DNA from: Candidatus Daviesbacteria bacterium
Lineage (GTDB): Bacteria; Patescibacteriota; Microgenomatia; Daviesbacterales; UBA10151
Direction: 5' to 3'
NCBI GenBank assembly: GCA_030699125.1
Contig: JAUYKM010000009.1
Span: forward strand, 204,958-268,957
Length of the DNA stretch: 64,000 nucleotides
The position numbers and the translations under genes are program-made. This document shows, in pieces, positions 29,245 to 38,504 of the stretch. The notes beneath the pieces were generated by a model. The model was given only the letters and a program-made list of their open reading frames with translations, was not told where the DNA came from and did not search any database. The number at the start of each line of letters is the position of its first letter. The first letter of the stretch is position 1.

Positions 29245-29405
29245 TTATAACCTTTATACTTTTTCAAATAGGATTAATAATGGTATTTTTGGTAATTACT
29301 GGTAATCATCCGGGTTTCGCTCAATATCTGGTTAAAATTACCTTCTTTATACTAGTTATCGCTATTATTTTTTATAATTCGAAATTATTCAATGCAAAAA
29401 AATAA
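29241..29405 (+). CDS. 54-aa two-TM microprotein (below ORF-track cutoff)
   Basis: MIITFILFQIGLIMVFLVITGNHPGFAQYLVKITFFILVIAIIFYNSKLFNAKK. ATGA overlap upstream, overlaps the next start, and fills the gap exactly. Confidence 0.65.
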   Translation: MIITFILFQIGLIMVFLVITGNHPGFAQYLVKITFFILVIAIIFYNSKLFNAKK

Positions 29406-32061
29406 TTTTTTTTTGATTCTCATAGTTTCTTTTTTAATTTTTTCATTTTGGATGTTTTGGCTACCTGGCTTAAGAGTGGCTACAGATTACCATCAAGCAG
29501 ATCAAAAAGTTATATTGAATATTTCGTTTCCTTGGGTTTGGAGAGAAGTTGGTGTGGCCGATGGTTTGGGAGAATATACAGGTAGCTCTTTATGGTTTCA
29601 ACCATTCCTTTCCCTTTCAGGCCTTTTAACATTAATTTCTATTCCATTTTGGTTACAAACTAAATTATGGGTTTTCTTGATACTGATATTGGGGTTCGTC
29701 TCCCTGAATAAACTTTTAAAATATCTAAGGATTAATTTTTTTGCAAGATATGTTGGGATATTTTTTTATCTTTCTAATTCTTTTTTTCTACTGCTTATTG
29801 ATGGAGGACAATTATCTTTAGCCTTAACTTATGGAGTTTTTCCACTAAACATTTATTTTTTTCTAAAAAACATTGATCAATCAAATTTTAAGAATAAATT
29901 ATATTTATCTGTTTCAATCTTGGTAGTTTCAATTTTAGATATCAGATTTGTTTATCTTTTAATTATTATTTTCTTAATACAATTTTTGATACTTCTATTT
30001 ACAGGCAATTGTCTTAAACTTTTAAAAGAATCTTTTTTTTATGCTTTATTAACATTAATTATTCTTTTGGGTTTTCATTCTTATTGGCTATTGCCAACTG
30101 CATTAAAACCTCCTCAATTACCACAAACATACGGAAGAGCTTCTCAAGTTGATTTTTTAAGTTTTTCTACTCTGGGTCATTCATTATTTCTTGAACAGCC
30201 GCACTGGTATAAAAATGTCTTTGGTCAAATTGAAAATATCAGAGGTGAGTTTGTATTGATACCCATGTTAGTTTTTTTGGCTCCAATCCTAAGGAGAAGG
30301 GACAAAGCAGTTGGTTTTTGGCTGATTGTTGCTATATTGGGAATTTTTTTAAGTAAAGGTTCACAGGAACCATTGGGAAAAGTCTATTCCTGGTTATTTA
30401 GCAATATTCCCGGCTTTTCATTTTTTAGGGATCCGGTTAAATTCTATTTTTTAACTAGCTTGTCGTACAGTATATTACTGGGTATTACGGTTCAAGAGAT
30501 AAATAACTTGAAATTAAAAAAAAATCTTATAGATAGATCTTTAAAATTCCTTCCTTTCTTAATACTCATATATCTTGTCTGGTTGATAAGGCCAGTGTAT
30601 CTCGGTCAGATGACAGGACTTTTTTCCTATCCGATATATGAGAAAGAATTTAGCAATTTAACGGAAAACATAAATGAGGATCAAAACTTCTCCAGAACTT
30701 TTTGGATTCCTACAAAATCACCTCTAGGTATAAGTTCTTTGCTGCATCCATCCGTTGAAGCATCAAGGTTGGTACAAAAAAGACCATTTGCTATTGGTAC
30801 AATTGGCAGTTATGAGACTTTAAACTTTTTGAGGGAAGCTACCTTTATGGGAGAAATTTTTGATGTATCAGGGATAGGCTATATAGTTTATCCTTATCTT
30901 GATCCCAAAAGAGATGATATGCATCCGGACAGTATAAGATATTTTTACACATTTTCTAACCAATTATCAGATTTATCATGGTTAACTAAAGTTGATAAGT
31001 CTCCAATTCCTCTTTGGCAAGCAAAAAAACACCAAGATAGATTTTTTATAACTCCCAATATTTGGTGGGTAATTGGATCAGATGATATTTATAATGAGTC
31101 TACTAAAAGTGCCCAGCTTCAATTATCTAAAAATGCACTGGTTTTCGTTGAAGAAAAAGCCGGCCTGGGCCAGAGAATAGATGAAAATCCGTCAGCAAAA
31201 ATAGTTTTAAACAAGAAGACTCTTGTAGATCTGGCAGCCAGTTTCATAGATGATTCAGAGTTTATTTTTCCAGCAAAGAATTTAGACTTTGACCCAAATG
31301 AGTCAGGATGGTGGAAGAGGGAGGTAGCGGACCTGATTAGGTGGAGGGATTTTTTACAAACAAAGTATGGAATTGATAATTTAGATTTTGATTTAGGTGG
31401 AGGTTGGGCGGTAGGAGAAGGAAGTTTAAAGTTTAAAGTTAAAAGTGAAAAATTTAGTGAAAATAGGATGCTTTTAGCTAGGGTATTGGAGAGTACCAGA
31501 AGTGGGCAGTTAAGATTTTATCAAAATGGTCAATTAATTGGTGAAATAAATACAAAAAAAGAGGGGAATAATATCCGATGGTTTGAGGTGGGGGAGTTGT
31601 CCAGGGATCGTGGTGAATTAAATATTGAGTCATCAGGGGATATTAATGTAGTTAACGCGCTGGCCATTATTGAGAAAAACTTATGGCAAGACGATCAAGA
31701 TAAGGCTAAGCAGTTACAAAAACAAAATCGCATCATGAACTACGATAAGAATAATGTTCAGGATACTAAGACAGAAGTTACCTATCAAAAAATTAACCCT
31801 ACCAAATATAAAGTTACTGTGAGTGGATTAAAAGGCGAAGCTTTTTTAGTATTTTCTCAAAATTATGATGGACTGTGGAAACTGAATGATCAGTTCTCCC
31901 TTCCTATTTATAGCCTACTAAACGGATTTAAGGTAGAAAAGGATGGAGAATATATTGTAAAATTTGAGCCGCAAAAGTGGGTTTATCCGGGATTGATAGT
32001 TTCTTTTATCACGTCGGTATTTTTAATAGTTACATGGGTATTACTACGAAAAAAAGGCTAA
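29392..32061 (+). CDS. Large AftD/YfhO-like GT-C membrane protein
   Basis: ATDY, FYLSNSF, YWLLP, KGSQEPLG, RDPVKF, C-terminal FSQNYDGLW...LNGF...FEPQ and TM helix. Confidence 0.68.
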   Translation: MQKNNFFLILIVSFLIFSFWMFWLPGLRVATDYHQADQKVILNISFPWVWREVGVADGLGEYTGSSLWFQPFLSLSGLLTLISIPFWLQTKLWVFLILILGFVSLNKLLKYLRINFFARYVGIFFYLSNSFFLLLIDGGQLSLALTYGVFPLNIYFFLKNIDQSNFKNKLYLSVSILVVSILDIRFVYLLIIIFLIQFLILLFTGNCLKLLKESFFYALLTLIILLGFHSYWLLPTALKPPQLPQTYGRASQVDFLSFSTLGHSLFLEQPHWYKNVFGQIENIRGEFVLIPMLVFLAPILRRRDKAVGFWLIVAILGIFLSKGSQEPLGKVYSWLFSNIPGFSFFRDPVKFYFLTSLSYSILLGITVQEINNLKLKKNLIDRSLKFLPFLILIYLVWLIRPVYLGQMTGLFSYPIYEKEFSNLTENINEDQNFSRTFWIPTKSPLGISSLLHPSVEASRLVQKRPFAIGTIGSYETLNFLREATFMGEIFDVSGIGYIVYPYLDPKRDDMHPDSIRYFYTFSNQLSDLSWLTKVDKSPIPLWQAKKHQDRFFITPNIWWVIGSDDIYNESTKSAQLQLSKNALVFVEEKAGLGQRIDENPSAKIVLNKKTLVDLAASFIDDSEFIFPAKNLDFDPNESGWWKREVADLIRWRDFLQTKYGIDNLDFDLGGGWAVGEGSLKFKVKSEKFSENRMLLARVLESTRSGQLRFYQNGQLIGEINTKKEGNNIRWFEVGELSRDRGELNIESSGDINVVNALAIIEKNLWQDDQDKAKQLQKQNRIMNYDKNNVQDTKTEVTYQKINPTKYKVTVSGLKGEAFLVFSQNYDGLWKLNDQFSLPIYSLLNGFKVEKDGEYIVKFEPQKWVYPGLIVSFITSVFLIVTWVLLRKKG
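31422..31456 (+). repeat. In-frame degenerate heptamer tandem repeat (5 units)
   Basis: aagttta aagttta aagttaa aagtgaa aaattta, encoding SLKFKVKSEKF. Confidence 0.6.
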
Positions 32062-32079
32062 AAAGCATATAATAGCTAT

Positions 32080-33339
32080 ATGCTAAAATCCATACTTTCA
32101 ACTGCCACTTTCCGACAATCCCAAATAACTATTCTTGGAACACTGATAAATGGTGGGCTGGGAGCAGTTTTTTATATACTGCTGGCACGATATTTGGGTC
32201 CCGCGGACTTTGGACTTATTACAATTGCTCTAACTACAATGGTACTATTTTCAGATATTGCAGATATTGGAACCAACACCGGTCTAATCCGCTTTGTCTC
32301 TTCAAATTTAGGGCAAAACAGAGATAAAGCATATCGGTTTTTAAAATTAAGCCTAGAGATAAAACTGTTTGCCTGGGCAATATCTTTTTTAATTATTTTT
32401 TTTCTGGCGCCATTTTTGGCAACTCAACTTTTTCACAAAGCAGAGCTGATTTTGCCCTTAAGACTCACCGCTTTTGGAGTAGGAGGAGCACTTCTTTTTA
32501 CATTTGTTACATCTGCTTTACAAGCATATCAAAAATACTTCCTTTGGAGTATCATAAATATTTTTACCAACTCATTGAGATTAATTCTACTTATTATTTT
32601 AGGTTATTATCTTTTGCTTAATGTTGAAAGCAGTCTAATTGTTTATATTATTTTACCCTTTTTTGGTTTTTTTATCTCACTTTTTATCCTTCCTGCAAGA
32701 AAAATTCTTATAAGTAAAAATGAATTTAGTTTATCCGGAGAACTTTTTAAATATAATATTCCTGTTGCAATATTCACCGTGATTGCTGCCTTTTCGGCAA
32801 GACTGGATACTTATTTAAATGCGATTTTACTTTCCGCCAGAGACGTGGGAATTTATGGAGCAGCGAATAATCTGGTACAAATAATGCCACAACTGATTTC
32901 TGCATTGGGATTGGTTGCCGCACCTAAATTTGCCTCCTTTCAAAACAATACGCAGATGTTAACTTATTTTAAAAAATTCCAATTATTTGTCTTAGGGCTT
33001 TGTCTTTTGGGAATTTTAACTATCCCTCTTTCAACATATCTTATTCCCATACTTTTTGGCGGACAATATCAGGAGGCAGCTTTGCCATTTATATTTCTAT
33101 TTTTGGCAATGCTTATTTTCCTATTTTCTATTCCAGTACATCATAGCGTTATTTTTTATTTTGGCAGACCGGATGTTTTTATCTGGGTTTCAATAGGACA
33201 TCTATTAATAATTGGAGGAGTAGGATATTTTATGATCCAAAATTTTGGTGTCTTGGGCGCATCAATAACTGTACTAGTTGGGACGATCTTTAATTTTCTA
33301 TATCCTTTAATCTGGTTATTAATTAAACTTAAGAAATGA
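32080..33339 (+). CDS. wzx: Wzx-type oligosaccharide flippase
   Basis: LARYLGPADFG, about 12 TMs, RLD...VGIYGAA, FGGQY, FGVLGAS. Confidence 0.85.
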   Translation: MLKSILSTATFRQSQITILGTLINGGLGAVFYILLARYLGPADFGLITIALTTMVLFSDIADIGTNTGLIRFVSSNLGQNRDKAYRFLKLSLEIKLFAWAISFLIIFFLAPFLATQLFHKAELILPLRLTAFGVGGALLFTFVTSALQAYQKYFLWSIINIFTNSLRLILLIILGYYLLLNVESSLIVYIILPFFGFFISLFILPARKILISKNEFSLSGELFKYNIPVAIFTVIAAFSARLDTYLNAILLSARDVGIYGAANNLVQIMPQLISALGLVAAPKFASFQNNTQMLTYFKKFQLFVLGLCLLGILTIPLSTYLIPILFGGQYQEAALPFIFLFLAMLIFLFSIPVHHSVIFYFGRPDVFIWVSIGHLLIIGGVGYFMIQNFGVLGASITVLVGTIFNFLYPLIWLLIKLKK

Positions 33340-34130
33340 AAATTTGGGTAAATACTATTGTTAATAATGAGGAAAACTTTATCTGGTTTGCAGTGATGTC
33401 TGTAGTGGATTATGTTGATAAAATTTTAATTTGGGATACTGGTTCAACTGATAGAACAGTTGAAATTATCAAGGAATTAATAAAGGTTAAGGGTAATAAG
33501 ATTTCATTTAAAGAAGTTGGCGAGGTGGATAAATATAAATTTTCCAAAATGAGACAAGAAATGCTGGAAGAAACTCAAAGTGACTGGATTTTGATTTTGG
33601 ATGGGGATGAAATTTGGTGGGAGGATTCTATAAAAAAATTAATTGATTTTATTAATAAAAATGGGAAGAATTATGAATCAGCAGTTACACCTTTCATAAA
33701 TGCCATAGGGGACATTTATCATTATCAAAGTGAAGAAGCGGGGAAGTATGAATTAATTGGCAAAAAGGGCCATTTAACAATTAGAGCCATGAGAAAAGAT
33801 ATTCCAGGGCTGCATGTTGGAGGTAGTTATGGAATCGAGGGATATTTGGACAAAGAGAATAATCCCATACAAAAAAGGGACCCTAGAAAAATAGCATTTA
33901 TTGATGCACCGTTTCTTCATTTAACCCACCTAAAGAGGAGTAGTATTGATATCCATCATAAATTCAAATATGAATTAGGACTTAAGTTTCCAAAGAATTT
34001 CCGTTATCCCCAAGTTCTTAAAAAGGATAGACCAGACATTGTTTTATCTCCCTTTAGCAAAAGAAATGTACTGTATGAAGTAATAGGTTTATTAAAATTT
34101 CCCTATTTGAGTTTAAAGAGAAATATTTAA
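33336..34130 (+). CDS. GT2 glycosyltransferase
   Basis: IVNNEE, DTGSTD, ILDGDE. Confidence 0.88.
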   Translation: MKIWVNTIVNNEENFIWFAVMSVVDYVDKILIWDTGSTDRTVEIIKELIKVKGNKISFKEVGEVDKYKFSKMRQEMLEETQSDWILILDGDEIWWEDSIKKLIDFINKNGKNYESAVTPFINAIGDIYHYQSEEAGKYELIGKKGHLTIRAMRKDIPGLHVGGSYGIEGYLDKENNPIQKRDPRKIAFIDAPFLHLTHLKRSSIDIHHKFKYELGLKFPKNFRYPQVLKKDRPDIVLSPFSKRNVLYEVIGLLKFPYLSLKRNI

Positions 34131-34133
34131 AAG

Positions 34134-34790
34134 ATGAATAAAATAAAGAATTTTTATGATCAATTTTGGTCAGAAGATAAAGGGGAATTTGGAAGATATA
34201 TCAGGAATTCTTATCTGCCGCAATTTTTTAAAAAAGGGGAACTGGTTTTGGATGTGGGATGCGGAGATGGGGTGATTGCCGATTATTTACAAAGAAATGT
34301 CAATGTTAAGGTTATAGGTATTGATATTTCAGAAGAAGCCATCAAAAAGGCAAGAAACTTAGGGATTGAGGCGAAAGTTTTAAACAGCGAGGATAAATTT
34401 CCCTTTAAGGACAATACTTTTGACGCTGTTTTCTGGGGAGACAATATTGAACATCTTTTTAACCCTACCTCTTGCGCAAAAGAGATAAAAAGAGTCTTAA
34501 AAAAAGATGGCAGATTGATTTTATCTTGTCCTAATATGGGCTACTGGAGGTACAAAATTAAGTATTTAATTTCAGGGAGTTTAGCAGATACTGAATGGAC
34601 AGGACTCAAACCCTGGGAATGGTCGCATATCCGTTTTTTTAATCTTAAGATTTTGAAGGATTTTTTATTTTCTTGTGATTTTGAAAAAATTACAAAAGTG
34701 CTTGGTGTCAGTGAACGAAGACTGGATAAACCTTTTCTTGCAATTAACCCATCCTTTTTTGGAATGATTCTTATTTTGGAGGTAGTATGA
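34134..34790 (+). CDS. Class I SAM-dependent methyltransferase
   Basis: VLDVGCGDG, FPFKDNTFD, IEHL, HIRFF. Confidence 0.88.
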   Translation: MNKIKNFYDQFWSEDKGEFGRYIRNSYLPQFFKKGELVLDVGCGDGVIADYLQRNVNVKVIGIDISEEAIKKARNLGIEAKVLNSEDKFPFKDNTFDAVFWGDNIEHLFNPTSCAKEIKRVLKKDGRLILSCPNMGYWRYKIKYLISGSLADTEWTGLKPWEWSHIRFFNLKILKDFLFSCDFEKITKVLGVSERRLDKPFLAINPSFFGMILILEVV

Positions 34791-35470
34791 GCGCCGGTAC
34801 ACAAACGTTAGAAAGTATGAGTCAGGCGGTTTGGTATAACAGATGGACTCTGGATAAATTTAAGAAATATTTGAAAGGTGATATTCTGGAGGTGGGTTGC
34901 GGTATCGGAAATTTTACAGATAGTCTTAATGAATATGGTGAGATATATGCTATTGATATAGACAATAGTTATATTAATAAGGTTAAGGAACTGGTTTATG
35001 GTAGAGCTGGATTTGGAGATATAGAGACTGGCGAATATTTTTTTAAGGATAAAAAGTTCGATACTATTGTTTGTCTTAATGTATTAGAACATATTCAAAA
35101 GGATGAGGTGGCGGTTAAGAATTTATATAAACTTTTGAAGGATGAGGGTCACTTAATTTTACTTGTTCCGGTGCATCCATTTATGTTTGGGAAAATTGAT
35201 GAATCCATTGGTCATTTCAGAAGATATACCAAAGAGAAAATAATTCAAGAGATAAATGATGCTGGATTTAAAATAATTTTATCGAGGAAATTAAACTTTT
35301 TAGGTGCCATTGGCTGGTGGTTAGCTCAGAAAGTTTTTAAAGAAAAAACCATCAAAGAAAGTAATATTCAAATATTTAATATTCTTGCCCCACTGGTTTT
35401 ACCGCTGGAAGATATCATAGAACCTCCGCTTGGTACATCAATTCTGGTAATTGCTCAAAAAAAATTATGA
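34787..35470 (+). CDS. Class I SAM-dependent methyltransferase
   Basis: ILEVGCGIG, NVLEHI, GHFRRY. Confidence 0.88.
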   Translation: MSAGTQTLESMSQAVWYNRWTLDKFKKYLKGDILEVGCGIGNFTDSLNEYGEIYAIDIDNSYINKVKELVYGRAGFGDIETGEYFFKDKKFDTIVCLNVLEHIQKDEVAVKNLYKLLKDEGHLILLVPVHPFMFGKIDESIGHFRRYTKEKIIQEINDAGFKIILSRKLNFLGAIGWWLAQKVFKEKTIKESNIQIFNILAPLVLPLEDIIEPPLGTSILVIAQKKL

Positions 35471-36198
35471 TCCTCACCATCATCATCCCAGTCTTTAATG
35501 AGGAAAAAACAATCGAAAGACTTTTAAAAAAGGTTGTGGAGGTTAATTTGCCTAAGGGTATCAAAAAAGAAATTATTGTTATTGATGATGGATCAACCGA
35601 TAAAACTCAAAAAGTTTTATCGGAAATTCGAAATTCCCGCTTCGCGAGGCGAGCGAAATTCGAAATTCGAGTTTTAGGACATGATAAGAATAAAGGAAAG
35701 GGTACAGCAATAAGAACTGGATTAAAGTATGCCGAAGGAGATTACATAATCATTCAGGATGCGGATCTAGAGTATGATCCAAATGATTACAATACTCTTC
35801 TAGAACTAGTCATCTCTAAGAAAGCTCAAGTGGTTTATGGAACAAGACTGATAAATTATCCTTTTAAGATTTTGGGCAAAAACAAAACTGTGATGCCTAT
35901 TCATCTATTGGCCAATAAATTCTTAACAACTTTCACAAATTTATTATATGGAAGTAAACTAACTGATATGGAAACTTGTTATAAACTTATTAAAAGCGAC
36001 ATTTTTAAAAAAATTACATTAAAAGCTAATCGGTTTGATTTTGAACCGGAAGTGACAGCAAAAATATTAAAACTAAAGATTCCAATAGTTGAGGTCTCGA
36101 TTAGTGTTAAGCCAAGGACATACAAAGAAGGTAAAAAAATTGGATGGCTGGATGGATTAGTAGCGATCTGGATTCTATTAAAGCATAAATTTAGTTAA
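35467..36198 (+). CDS. GT2 glycosyltransferase, polyprenol-phosphate (DPM synthase)-like
   Basis: PVFNE, DDGSTD, NKGKG, QDADLEYDP, TDMETCYK, FEPEVTAK. Confidence 0.9.
   Translation: MILTIIIPVFNEEKTIERLLKKVVEVNLPKGIKKEIIVIDDGSTDKTQKVLSEIRNSRFARRAKFEIRVLGHDKNKGKGTAIRTGLKYAEGDYIIIQDADLEYDPNDYNTLLELVISKKAQVVYGTRLINYPFKILGKNKTVMPIHLLANKFLTTFTNLLYGSKLTDMETCYKLIKSDIFKKITLKANRFDFEPEVTAKILKLKIPIVEVSISVKPRTYKEGKKIGWLDGLVAIWILLKHKFS
35623..35668 (+). repeat. In-frame heptamer array with embedded GC-rich palindrome
   Basis: gaaattc gaaattc [ccgcttcgcgaggcgagc] gaaattc gaaattc. Confidence 0.75.
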
Positions 36199-36201
36199 AA
36201 A

Positions 36202-37140
36202 ATGAAAATATTATTCTTAAGTAGATATCAAAATAAAAATAAAAGGGGAGCAGAAAGTTTTGTCACAGAACTATCTAAAAAATTAGCTAAAAATCATCAG
36301 GTTTCTATTTTTTCAGAATCTGATTCAGATTCGTTGTCAAAAATTTTACAAGGAAAGTATGATATGGTAATTCCCATCAATGGTAGGTTGCAGGCATTAA
36401 AAGCATCAGTGGGAAGACTAATGGGAGGATATAAACTTTTGATATCAGGTCATAGCGGCATTGGTCGGGATGATATCTGGAATATTGCAGTGGTTAGGCC
36501 TAATGTCTTTGTGGCCCTGACGGAGTTTCAAAAAGAATGGGCCAAAAAATTTAGCTGGGGAACTAAACTAACAAAAATTACTGATGGGGTAGATATAAAA
36601 AAATTTACGCCGGTGGGGGAAAAAATCGAACTTAATCTTGAACACCCAATTATTTTATCGGTGGGAGCACTGGAATGGTACAAATATCATAAACGGGTTA
36701 TTGAAGCCGTTTCCAAAATAGCGGATGTATCGTTATTGGTGGTGGGGGAGGGGAGTATGAAAAAAGAACTATCTGAATTAGGAGATAAACTTTTGGGAAA
36801 AAGATTTAGAATTAAAAATTTTGACTATCAGGATATGCCAATGGTTTATAGAAGTTGTGATTTATTTACCCTACCTTCTTGGGAGAGAGAAGCTTTTGGA
36901 ATTGTTTATCTTGAGGCCATGGCCTCAGGCTTGGGGGTGGTAGCTTCGGATGATTCACCAAGACATGAAATTGTAGGGGATAGTGGAATATTTGTGGATG
37001 TGACCAATCTTCAAAAATATGCAACAGCAATTGAAGAAGCTCTCAAAATTGACTGGAAATCCAAAGCAAAAAAGCAAGCAGAAAAATTTTCCTGGGATAA
37101 AATTGCCGATCAATATAATCAAATTTTAAAATATTTATGA
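36202..37140 (+). CDS. GT4 glycosyltransferase
   Basis: GAE, VGAL, EAFGIVYLEAMASG. Confidence 0.88.
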   Translation: MKILFLSRYQNKNKRGAESFVTELSKKLAKNHQVSIFSESDSDSLSKILQGKYDMVIPINGRLQALKASVGRLMGGYKLLISGHSGIGRDDIWNIAVVRPNVFVALTEFQKEWAKKFSWGTKLTKITDGVDIKKFTPVGEKIELNLEHPIILSVGALEWYKYHKRVIEAVSKIADVSLLVVGEGSMKKELSELGDKLLGKRFRIKNFDYQDMPMVYRSCDLFTLPSWEREAFGIVYLEAMASGLGVVASDDSPRHEIVGDSGIFVDVTNLQKYATAIEEALKIDWKSKAKKQAEKFSWDKIADQYNQILKYL

Positions 37141-38504
37141 AAGAATCCTTAGGTGTCTACCTAACACACACCTGGTGTGTACAATTATTTATTGGTGGAT
37201 GTTTATTTGTCTCATCAATATTTTTAATTGGTCAAAATTTGGACAAGCCTTTTTGGGGAGAGCATGACTGGAATGGAGTCCGCTACGGCAATATTGCCAG
37301 AAATTACCTAAGGTATGGATTTTTGGAAACAAAATTTGGCCAGGTGGAAAACAGTGGATATTATACTCACTACCCTCCCCTTCTGCCGATATTAATCTCC
37401 ATAAGTTATAAATTATTTGGGATTTTTGAGTGGTCAACCAGACTGATACCGCTTTTGGCTACCTCAGGTATTGTGGTCATGTTATATTTAATTGGTTCTT
37501 TAGTTTGGAATATTAAAACGGGGATATTGGCATCACTTCTGGCTTTAGCAACACCAACAGCTTTGTACTTTGGAAAAAATCCAGTACATGAACCAGTGGT
37601 GTTATTTTTTATTCTTCTATCTTTTTATGGATATTTTAAAAAATATCCCCCCCTTTTTTTAGTAGGGCTAGTATTAGCAGAGATAACAGCATGGGCAGGA
37701 TATTTCATCTTACCTGCTATAACTATTGCATTGGTTTTAGGAAAGGATTGGTCTAGTGTAAAAAGACTCTTACCATATTGGATTTTATCTATAACATTAT
37801 TCTCTTTCCACTTTGTTCATGTGGCAATTCTGACAGGATCAATTTATGGAGGAGATTTGATTAACTCACTACTCCAACGAAGTGGGGTTTTATCCACAGC
37901 GCAGCCGCAGGAATTTACTTTTTTAGGTTATCTAGATAGATTGAGGATCTGGTTTAGTATCCAGTTTAGCCTAACGCTCACTCTACTTACTCTAGTCTGG
38001 TTATATCTTAATCGGACCGGGGTAAGAACTAAATATTGGCCAATTACTACTTTGGGGCTAGTAGGTCTAATCTATTTGATGGTCTTCTCTAATTCAGTCT
38101 TTATCCATAATTATTTAACCTTTTACTTTTTACCCTTTTTATCACTGGCAGGATCTGCAATGATTCTTCATTTAAGGAAATTTAAAATTTTTAAAAAAAT
38201 AAGTTTAATTTTGCCTGTTTTATTTCTAATTATAGTTTTCCTTGAAAGAAATGGTTATCTTAAGGCGCTCAATGAAAGTAATAGAGACAAATTAGCGGTG
38301 GAAATTGGACAGTCAATTAAGGAACAAACCACAGATGATGATGTTATTTTAATCTCTCCTTTGAAATATTCATATTCTGCAGATAATTTTTTAGAATTTT
38401 ATTCAGATAGAAAACTTATTTATTCGGATGATGTGACTGCCGATTATGACGTTTTAGTTTTAGTAGATCATGAAAGAGGGAAATTTGAGATAATTAGAGA
38501 ATGA
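37137..38504 (+). CDS. PMT/ArnT-like (GT39/GT83) GT-C glycosyltransferase
   Basis: IARNYL, YTHYPPLL, FGIFEWSTRL, many TMs. Confidence 0.78.
   Translation: MKESLGVYLTHTWCVQLFIGGCLFVSSIFLIGQNLDKPFWGEHDWNGVRYGNIARNYLRYGFLETKFGQVENSGYYTHYPPLLPILISISYKLFGIFEWSTRLIPLLATSGIVVMLYLIGSLVWNIKTGILASLLALATPTALYFGKNPVHEPVVLFFILLSFYGYFKKYPPLFLVGLVLAEITAWAGYFILPAITIALVLGKDWSSVKRLLPYWILSITLFSFHFVHVAILTGSIYGGDLINSLLQRSGVLSTAQPQEFTFLGYLDRLRIWFSIQFSLTLTLLTLVWLYLNRTGVRTKYWPITTLGLVGLIYLMVFSNSVFIHNYLTFYFLPFLSLAGSAMILHLRKFKIFKKISLILPVLFLIIVFLERNGYLKALNESNRDKLAVEIGQSIKEQTTDDDVILISPLKYSYSADNFLEFYSDRKLIYSDDVTADYDVLVLVDHERGKFEIIRE
37149..37180. repeat. Tandem palindromes inside a gene 5' end
   Basis: TTAGGT-gtct-ACCTAA (37149-37164) and ACACACC-t-GGTGTGT (37166-37180). 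Confidence 0.6.

Noticed and set aside
37647-37660. C7T7 run (also G7 at 28237-28243) as a phase-variation tract
   Set aside because: The runs are short, the genes are in frame, and there is no evidence of slippage from sequence alone.
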